A stretch of 49,083 nt of DNA, taken from assembly GCA_016203205.1 (NCBI GenBank), contig JACQNE010000004.1:1-49083 (forward strand), read 5' to 3'. This DNA is from Candidatus Woesearchaeota archaeon (GTDB lineage: Archaea > Nanobdellota > Nanobdellia > Woesearchaeales > GW2011-AR9). Of this stretch, positions 34,938-42,800 are shown piece by piece (positions within the stretch are counted from its first letter, which is position 1; each line of letters begins with the position of its first letter). A program made the translations under genes and the position numbers. The notes beneath the pieces are model-generated. The model did no database searches. It worked only from the letters and a program-made list of their open reading frames with translations, and was not told the origin of the DNA.

Positions 34938-34994
34938 TTCTTAAATCTTTCTAAAAAATAATAACTATAAAGTAACAATTCAACCAAACAAAAT

Positions 34995-35004
34995 GATTAT
35001 AAAC
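34995..35004 (+). promoter_or_regulatory. TATA box (GATTATAAAC) for the PAC2 gene
   Basis: About 27 nt upstream of the ATG at 35027. Confidence 0.5.
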
Positions 35005-35026
35005 TTTCAGACTTTTCCCTACTCAC

Positions 35027-35827
35027 ATGGCCTGGATTATTACGAAAGAAGCAAAAACGACACCCAAATTACAAAATCCCCTTTTCATTGAAGGCCTGCC
35101 GGGCATCGGCAACGTCGGCAAGATCGCCGTTGATGTCTTGATCGATGAGTTGAAAGCGGAAAAATTATATTCGTTCTTTTCTCACAAATTTCCCCATTCG
35201 GTGTTTATCAATGAAAAGAACATGGTGGAGATGCCCAAGCTGGAGTTATATTACAAGAAATTCGGGAAAGGAAAAAAACGCGACCTGCTCCTGCTTACCG
35301 GCGATATCCAGCCGATCGATGAAGAGAGCTGCTACCAGTTCTGTGAGGAGATCCTGCAAATCTTACAACAATACGGCTGTTCGGAGATGGTTACCACCGG
35401 CGGCATCGGCCTGCAGAATATCCCCGAAAAACCGCTGGTCTATTGCACGGCAAATGATCAGAAGCTGCTCAAAGAATATTCTTCAAAAAATCTGGGTGTA
35501 GAAAAAGAAATCTTTGGTGTCGTCGGGCCGATCATCGGCGTGACCGGCATTCTTCTGGGGCTGGGCAAACGGCGCGGCGTGAAAGGTGCGGCGTTATTGG
35601 CAGAAACATTTGGCCATCCTCTTTATTTGGGAGTAAAAGGAGCGAAGGAGATCCTGCGCGTCCTGGAAACCCATTTTCATTTCGGCCTGGACATGAAAAA
35701 GATGTCCAAAGAGATTGTGCAGATGGAACAGGAGCTGATGAAGCGAACCCAGGAGTGGGCGGCAGAGATGATTCATACCAAAGCCGGGGCAAAGAAAGTT
35801 GATCAGGAAGCGAATTATATCGGGTAG
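35027..35827 (+). CDS. PAC2-family proteasome assembly chaperone
   Basis: LFIEGLPGIGNVGKIAVD, LLLLTGDIQP and GVVGPIIGVTGILLG. Typical archaeal PAC2/PbaA-B layout. Confidence 0.8.
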   Translation: MAWIITKEAKTTPKLQNPLFIEGLPGIGNVGKIAVDVLIDELKAEKLYSFFSHKFPHSVFINEKNMVEMPKLELYYKKFGKGKKRDLLLLTGDIQPIDEESCYQFCEEILQILQQYGCSEMVTTGGIGLQNIPEKPLVYCTANDQKLLKEYSSKNLGVEKEIFGVVGPIIGVTGILLGLGKRRGVKGAALLAETFGHPLYLGVKGAKEILRVLETHFHFGLDMKKMSKEIVQMEQELMKRTQEWAAEMIHTKAGAKKVDQEANYIG

Positions 35828-35913
35828 GGCTGCACTGAGAAAAGCAGAAAGCCCTCATCTTTAGATGGAGTGAGATGCATTCGACGAATTTTTCATGGAT
35901 TTTGAGAAGTAAA

Positions 35914-35924
35914 TCTTATAAATA
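35914..35924 (+). promoter_or_regulatory. TATA box (TCTTATAAATA) for the ClpX-like gene
   Basis: About 26 nt upstream of the ATG at 35945. Confidence 0.5.
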
Positions 35925-35944
35925 GGCTTCTTTTTTAAATAATC

Positions 35945-37615
35945 ATGACCTATCGTTCCCTTGCAGAAGTAATCGTCCAGCAGCTTCCCATTCCACCGTT
36001 TACATATAGGTCTACTTCTTCAGGCATTGAGCAGTTAACTCGGTTCTACCTTCTGCCGATTGTTAACGACACCGTTGATGAAATCACACGCGGGATATTC
36101 TCCGTTCATGGCCAAGTTGGCACTAGTGCGTTCCTATTTTCCTATGATGATCGCCGGTATATCTGTCCTAAACAAGGCGGGCTGACCCTGCTTTCGATAC
36201 ATAATAAATACGATTTTCTTCAACTCCCTCTCCAGAAAACCGAGTTTACTATTAATCTTGAGAAAGATGGTAAGCCTCTTCCGGGTTCTCCTTTTCCAGT
36301 CATGGGTATCGCGGGTAGCTCCGGAATCTTACCATTAACTCTGATATCCAAAGTCCAGGAACGGTGGGAGTGTATACAAGGAATATATAAAGCAGAGAAT
36401 AACTTGTATTCTTGTTATCTTTCGAATGAAGCCGAAGAATTTGCCGCTTTTGTAGAAGAATTTCTGTCCAGAATGGATCAGCCATCGGCTGAGGCAAGTT
36501 CGATCTCATTGTCTTTTCCGGCAGTTCACACCTCTCGAAAGAGTGCTGTAGATCAAGAAGTGGATTGTACCGATCCGCAATCAGTTGTCCGTTATCTTGA
36601 CGATTATGTCATCGGCCAGGAAGAAGCCAAGAAAGATGTTGCCGTCGCTGTTTCCAGCTTAATGATGCGAAAAGCGACAGGTGACGAGACGCTTCCCAAG
36701 ATGAACACCATGCTCATCGGGCCGACAGGAGTAGGTAAGACATACATGATGAAAATTTTAGCAAGGAAAGCAGGAATCCCTTTTGCTTTCACCAAGCTCG
36801 TCGGCAGAAGTGCCGAAGGTTATTATGGACAGAATGTGTCCAAAGTCTTTGATCAAATCCATCTGCAAGCAAAAGGCAAGGAAGAAGATGAAGAAGCACC
36901 GTATGGCATCGTCTTTCTCGATGAAATTGATAAAATAGTCTACGGCGGGGTTGGCGGTAAATTTAGTTTTGGCGAACAGATGCAGAACGAACTGATCGGC
37001 TGGGTTGAAGAAGATCATCTTTCCCGAGCATTGGGCGAAGGAAATTCTAGAACTGCCTATCAGTTGAATACTAAAAATCTCTTATTCGTCGTTGCCGGAG
37101 CATTTCAGGGACGGGGAAAACAGCACGATGGTCTTTCCGAGATCATCGCCAGCCGTCTTGCCGGGGGCAGACAGATCGGGTTTGGCGCAGCACACCCGCA
37201 ACGCGCGGAGAAAGACTCGTTATTGCATCAAGTACAGCCGGAAGATTTGATGTCCTGGGGCTTCTTACCGGAATTGGTCGGCCGGTTTCCCGTCGTCTCC
37301 ACGCTGGATCGACTGACAGAAGAACAGCGTGTCCGGATCTTGACGGAAGCAAAGGATTCTACGTTGGCCGGCCACGTCCGTCTTCTGACCGCGCAAGGTT
37401 ATACTATTAAAGATCCTACCCTTCTGGCACAGCTGATCGTAAGCCGCTGTCCGGCGGAGACCGGAGCAAGAGGACTGGCCTCGGTTTGCAGCCAGCTCTT
37501 TCGGGACGTGCTCTTCGACCCTTCCGCTTTTGCCGATAATAACAAAAATATTTGTATCGACCGATTAACTGGTGCATTGCCGGCAAGCGCAGCTGTGGCT
37601 GTTAGTGAAATGTGA
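35945..37615 (+). CDS. ClpX-like AAA+ unfoldase with a novel ~215-aa N-terminal domain
   Basis: LDDYVIGQEEAKK, Walker A GPTGVGKT, pore loop EGYYGQNV (compare GYVG), Walker B IVFLDEIDKI, IGF loop GGRQIGFGA, sensor/arginine region LPELVGRFPVVSTLDRLTEEQ, and TGARGL. There is no C4 zinc-binding N-domain. Confidence 0.8.
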   Translation: MTYRSLAEVIVQQLPIPPFTYRSTSSGIEQLTRFYLLPIVNDTVDEITRGIFSVHGQVGTSAFLFSYDDRRYICPKQGGLTLLSIHNKYDFLQLPLQKTEFTINLEKDGKPLPGSPFPVMGIAGSSGILPLTLISKVQERWECIQGIYKAENNLYSCYLSNEAEEFAAFVEEFLSRMDQPSAEASSISLSFPAVHTSRKSAVDQEVDCTDPQSVVRYLDDYVIGQEEAKKDVAVAVSSLMMRKATGDETLPKMNTMLIGPTGVGKTYMMKILARKAGIPFAFTKLVGRSAEGYYGQNVSKVFDQIHLQAKGKEEDEEAPYGIVFLDEIDKIVYGGVGGKFSFGEQMQNELIGWVEEDHLSRALGEGNSRTAYQLNTKNLLFVVAGAFQGRGKQHDGLSEIIASRLAGGRQIGFGAAHPQRAEKDSLLHQVQPEDLMSWGFLPELVGRFPVVSTLDRLTEEQRVRILTEAKDSTLAGHVRLLTAQGYTIKDPTLLAQLIVSRCPAETGARGLASVCSQLFRDVLFDPSAFADNNKNICIDRLTGALPASAAVAVSEM

Positions 37616-37766
37616 TCCGGGCGGCGGTTCTTGACAGATTTCTTGCCGATATTTAGTATCAATAGTCTTTTGTTAAATGCAATCATTTCACTTCCAAGCA
37701 CTTCATTAAACCGGCAGCCCTCCTTGCTTTTTTTACTGGTATTCCCTCTCTCCATTCCAGCATAAT

Positions 37767-37776
37767 CTTTATATAC
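37767..37776 (+). promoter_or_regulatory. TATA box (CTTTATATAC) for the 37799-48499 operon
   Basis: About 27 nt upstream of the ATG at 37799. A T-run terminator-like tract (CTTTTTTTAC) lies just upstream. Confidence 0.55.
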
Positions 37777-37798
37777 TCTCCAGCCATAGCAAAAGACA

Positions 37799-39799
37799 AT
37801 GGAACAAAAGAGGAAGAGGTGTGCTATTTGTCGTTCTATCTCTCGGCTTTCCCCACAAAAACGCGGGCAAGTAACCTTGTTTATCATCATCGGCATCCTG
37901 CTTGTTCTTGCGCTGATCGTGGTTGTGTTTGTGCGCAAGGAATTGCTGACCACCACGCCTGATGAACTGATCACCACCGGCAAAGGGCCGGTAGCCGATT
38001 TTATTGCCATGTGCATCAAGCAATTGGGAGAAGAGGCTCTGCTTAAAGCAGGAGAACAGGGCGGGTATGTGACACTGCCGGCAGAAATTGCCCAGAATGG
38101 CTACGTTCACCTGAAGACCTCGCCTTTTACCGCCGTTCCCTATTGGGCTTACGGCACGACGCGGGCCGTGCCCTCGCTTCCGGCAATCAAATCTCAGATC
38201 GATGCCCACATCCGGCAGCATCTGCGCTCCTGTCTTTTTGATCAGGGCGCGTTCTCCGCAACGAATAACATCATTGAGAAAAGTGAGATCACGGCGGACA
38301 CGAATCTTGCCGAAAATAAAGTAATCTTTAATGTCCGCTGGGATCTGGAAGTTCAGACTAAAGCGGGTGAGAAAATTATCGATCTCCTGGACCACGCCGC
38401 AGAATCGCCGGTGAAGTTCAAGCGCCTGTACGATGCCGCCGTGCGGGTTATCGATGTTGAGCTGCGCGAGCTTAAACTGGAAGACATCACTCAGGACTTG
38501 ATCGCCTTAGAGCATCCCAACGTGCCTGTCGTCGGCTTTGAATTATCCTGCTCACCCAAACAATGGGACGTGGAAACGGTACAACAGACCGTGCGAGATC
38601 TGCTGCGGGTGAATATCGGCCAGCTGCGTGTGCGGGGGACGGATGTCGTTGAATTCCCTGACGAGCTGCCTTATTACCAGAATCATTATGTCTGGGATCT
38701 CGGCGCTGATTTTGCACCCAAGAATGTGGTCATCGATTTCCATTACGATAATAGTTATCCCTTCACGTTTGACGTCCGGCCGCGCAGTGGAAGTACATTA
38801 AAAAGCGCAGCGCTGGCCGCCGGTTCCAATCCGCTGCTTTCTGCATTCTGCGCCCAAAGCTGGAAATTCACCTACGATGTAAGCTATCCGGTTTTGGTTA
38901 CGCTGCGTGACGCGACGACGGGCTACACATTTAAAACTGCCCTGACTGTGCATCTGCAGAAGAACATCCCCAATCGGGAAGAGATCATCCCCGCAGTCGC
39001 ACCACCTTTTATCACTGAAACGTATTCCGACCAGCAATTTTGCGCCACGCGGAATGTGCCGCTGCTGATCACGACCAGCGAGGCAGTTGATAACGGAAAA
39101 GATGTTTCATTCAGCGAGCCGTTAGCTGGCGTGAATATTACCTATAACTGTCTTCAGTATCAGTGTTCTCTCGGCCAGACTGAATATGACTATGCCGGCA
39201 TGGGCGACGTGGCGGCATATCAATTTACCGTTCCTTATTGCGCCAATGCGGTTATCCGCGCCGATAAAGACGGTTATGCAGACGGCTGGACAAATCTGGT
39301 CGCCAAACCAGGCGCGCGTGCTGACATTCAATTGATCCCGACTCTTGCTTTTCCGGCGGCGAATATTTCGCTGGTAAAACATTATCTCAGCGGTGATGCC
39401 CAGTTTAGCGCCGGCATCGCGCTGGCGAAAGACGAGACAACGATCATCAAGCTCAGTTCAGTCCAAAAAGACGTGCGGACAAATCTTCCTGTAGTAGAAA
39501 GCACGGTCGTTCTTTCCTCTGATCTTTCCGAAGATGTCCTGCAAAACCAGCCGCTGAAACTGCTGGCCAAAGCCGATTTCATGTATAATGTTGATATTGC
39601 CGTCTTGAACGGCGAACGCTTCAGCGCCGGCTACAAAGCTAACTGGACTGCATCCTGGCAGGAATTGGAACACGCCCAGCGCCTGACGTTTCATGTTGTC
39701 GGACAGCAAAGCGCATCTGATGCTGACACATTTGGGTTGTATGCCGAATTGGCGGAAAGAAGCGCGGCATTGCCCTTGCCTGAGCTGCATGAAAAGTAA
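37799..39799 (+). CDS. large extracellular protein with class III (pilin-type) signal-like N-terminus (666 aa)
   Basis: A 22-aa basic leader ends in KRGQ, followed by VTLFIIIGILLVLALIVVVFV. The ectodomain has no recognised catalytic motif. Confidence 0.75.
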   Translation: MEQKRKRCAICRSISRLSPQKRGQVTLFIIIGILLVLALIVVVFVRKELLTTTPDELITTGKGPVADFIAMCIKQLGEEALLKAGEQGGYVTLPAEIAQNGYVHLKTSPFTAVPYWAYGTTRAVPSLPAIKSQIDAHIRQHLRSCLFDQGAFSATNNIIEKSEITADTNLAENKVIFNVRWDLEVQTKAGEKIIDLLDHAAESPVKFKRLYDAAVRVIDVELRELKLEDITQDLIALEHPNVPVVGFELSCSPKQWDVETVQQTVRDLLRVNIGQLRVRGTDVVEFPDELPYYQNHYVWDLGADFAPKNVVIDFHYDNSYPFTFDVRPRSGSTLKSAALAAGSNPLLSAFCAQSWKFTYDVSYPVLVTLRDATTGYTFKTALTVHLQKNIPNREEIIPAVAPPFITETYSDQQFCATRNVPLLITTSEAVDNGKDVSFSEPLAGVNITYNCLQYQCSLGQTEYDYAGMGDVAAYQFTVPYCANAVIRADKDGYADGWTNLVAKPGARADIQLIPTLAFPAANISLVKHYLSGDAQFSAGIALAKDETTIIKLSSVQKDVRTNLPVVESTVVLSSDLSEDVLQNQPLKLLAKADFMYNVDIAVLNGERFSAGYKANWTASWQELEHAQRLTFHVVGQQSASDADTFGLYAELAERSAALPLPELHEK

Positions 39800-39813
39800 G
39801 TAAAAAAAAGCAA

Positions 39814-42800
39814 GTGAAAAGAAAAACCAGTGAAAAGAGCAAGTACAAAAAAATAAGTGAGAAAGAGATGGTGAGAAACAATACGATAACTCCTGTGAAC
39901 AGAAAAAAGAAGCAGAACTTTCTCCGCGCCCAAGCGCTATTTGTAATCATGCTCTTTGTCCTTCTTCCGGCGGCTGCCGCTCTGGAAATTTCCGCTGTTT
40001 CGGCGCAGCCCGTGACCTCGACGGGAGCGACGATCAGCTGGACGACTGACGAGCCGGCAGATTCGTTTGTCCATTATGGTACTGATGCGGCCTCATTGAA
40101 GACGGCCGGCGATGCCAAAGCGACGACAAGCCATTCTTTGCAGATCAGCGGCTTGGCGGCAGAAACAAAATATCTTTATTCCGTGGAAAGCCAGGGGGTT
40201 GTTGATGATAATGGCGGGTCTTTGTATTCATTTGAAACGCCGGCGCCGGACACTGCCGCGCCGGCATTAAAAGTTGAATTTCCCGCAAAAGTTGCCGGGA
40301 CGCGCGGGACATTTTCGGGAGAAACAGAAATTGGCGTACAGGTGACGCTGATCCTTAACGGCAAAAAAAGTGGAACTGTGACGGCAGAACCAAGTACGGT
40401 CGATGCCAAGAAAGGATTTTTTACATTCAGTGAAATCATTCTGCAGGAAAATGCCGCAAATACGTTGCTTGTGGAAGCCGTTGATGCCGCCGGCAACAAA
40501 GCGGCAGCTTCCGGAAGCGTCTTTGCCGACGCGAAAAAACCGACGGTAGACGTAAAAAGCATCCCCGCTTTTGTTACGGAAAATTCTTACAAATTAATGC
40601 TGACTGTTTCCGAAGCGGTAAAATATGAAATTTTTGTCAATAACAAATCCGTTTCCAAAGGCGAAGGAGCAAAGATCGATGTGTCTGTGCCGCTGCAGGA
40701 AGGGCAGAATAAGATTGTGCTAAAATTGACGGATGATGCCGGCTGGGTGACTGAAGAAGAAATCACCATCGAAGCCAGCGCCAAGCCGCCGATGATCAAA
40801 GCAGAGATCGAGCGCGGAAAGGAATTCTATGAAGGCCGGGCCACTTCGCCGATCAGCGGGACGACCAGTCCGGGCGCCAAAGTCTATCTCTACGTCTACA
40901 AACCGCAGTTGAATGAATATACACCATCATTTGACCGGCCGCGTCAGACCGTGACGGCCAATGAGAAAGGAGAATTCCGCTTTGCTGATATTTCGTTTAC
41001 TTCTTCCATCGCTGATATCTCACTGGAAAAAGTGGTGCCCAAAGAAATCCCTGCGGACTTGGTGAAGATCAAGATCTTTCCCCTTGGCGAAGGCGTGCAG
41101 CAGCAGACGTATTATGTCTATCTCATCGCTGAGGATAAAGCGGGGAGAAGCGCTTCCTGGCAGCAGCAAGTCTTGATCCAAAGCTGTTTCTCGGGAAATC
41201 TGGACTTTTCGATCGAATCTGTCCCGGAATTTCAGGCGCCGCTGCGTCTTGTTCCCCAGCTCGTCGATCAGGGCAGACAGGACGTGCAGGCAGTATTCAA
41301 GCTGAATTATAACGGCTTGGGCGTGCCCGTCAGAACAGCGGATGGAAAAATCATCGAGCAAGGCGTGCGCGTGACCAATGTCCAGATCGGAGAGGCCTGT
41401 ACGACGGGGATGGCGAAAGATGAGAAATTCAGCCTCGGCTGCAGTCTGCTGCCGAGCCGGCCGACGCGTTCGCTGCCGAATCCCGATCAATCAGCAGTCT
41501 ATGCCAGCTGGACGCTGCATCAGGGAGAAGAACTGAGCGCTGCCAAAGAGAGTTTCTGGAACGAATTTAAAAATCGGCAGGTCGTTTTCCCATTAAAGAT
41601 CCAGGTAAGTTATCAGGAAGTAGAAAGCCGTGATGCGGCAGGAAATGCGGTGTATGGAAAAGCAAAGATCCAGAACAGCTGTACGGACTTAAGTTATTTT
41701 GTGGACATTCCGCTGGATAGCAAGGACATGATCCCCGATTTTCTCGCCGACGAAGGCGTTGATGCGTTGAATTGGACAATCACCCAGATCAATGTTGTTA
41801 CGCCGTACATTGAGAAAGCATACTTAATCACGGGAATTACGGGCATGGCCGCGTTCCTGTTGCGGACAGTCGCGCGCTGGGTGCGCATCTTCGCCACAAA
41901 GCTGGAACAGTATTATTCTATCCTGAACAAGAATGAAACTGGCTGTCGTAATCCAGAACAATACTATCTTGATGATACTTTGAAAGATTGGAAAGAAGCC
42001 GGTGTGGCCAACGGCCCGGATCCTTTGCTGGGTGCGCTCAAGAGCGAACAGGGAAGCGAGGCATGGAATGCTGTTTCTCTCGACAAGCGCTGTCCTTCCA
42101 CGGCGAGCGCCTGGAAATTTGAGGCGATCATGGATCAGGCCTACAAATGGAGTTGGGATCGCGCGTTCTGCCGCGCCGTACCCGCACGCTGGACGGAGGA
42201 TAAGAAGCAAAGTGAAATTGCCTTGCGCGTGGCGGACCAGCAGCAATGCGCTGTGACGGGAAGCGGTGTGCCTTTGGAACTGATTGAAAATTGCAAAGAA
42301 TTTATCTCCAAGAACAAGATCCTTCTCGACACCGGGATCGATCAAGACACGCTGAGCCTCTGCTGGCGGACAAAAGATTCTGACCTGTATGTACGGACGC
42401 CGCAGGTTGATCTAACAACAGCAGAACAGGGAGACCAGGCCAAAGGATTTTATTACCTAACCCATATCGGCAATACCTACACGGTTGCGTCTTCGGCATT
42501 GATCACCTACGGTCCGCGGCTGAAAGTGTACAAACCGCAGGGCGCGCAGACTTTTTTCGTAGCGAAAGATCAGACCTGCACGGCTACGTGCAACAACCCG
42601 CAGAAGCCGGGCTATCAGGCAGACCGCACGTTAGGGAATGCAAATGGCTGTTACGATCAGAAAGGGGGGCTGTTTTATGACGGGTTCGGCGATCCCCTTC
42701 TTCAAGGCCGTTATGCTGCCGGCTACACTAAAGATTGTTTCATCAAAGATGATAATCAGAAAAACATCCTGCGTGATGCTGCCGGCAATCCGCAGCTGCA

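Noticed and set aside
37399-38395. 206-aa and 208-aa minus-strand ORFs spanning the end of the ClpX-like gene, the intergenic promoter and the start of the 666-aa gene
   Set aside because: They run antisense across a clear TATA box and two well-supported + strand genes. Their translations are Arg/Ser/Lys-rich with no domain.
39814-39870. Purine-rich stretch with repeated AGTGAAAAG motifs at the start of the giant gene
   Set aside because: It is most simply a Lys/Glu/Ser-rich N-terminal leader, or a 5' UTR if the ATG at 39868 is the true start. It is too short and irregular to call a regulatory repeat.
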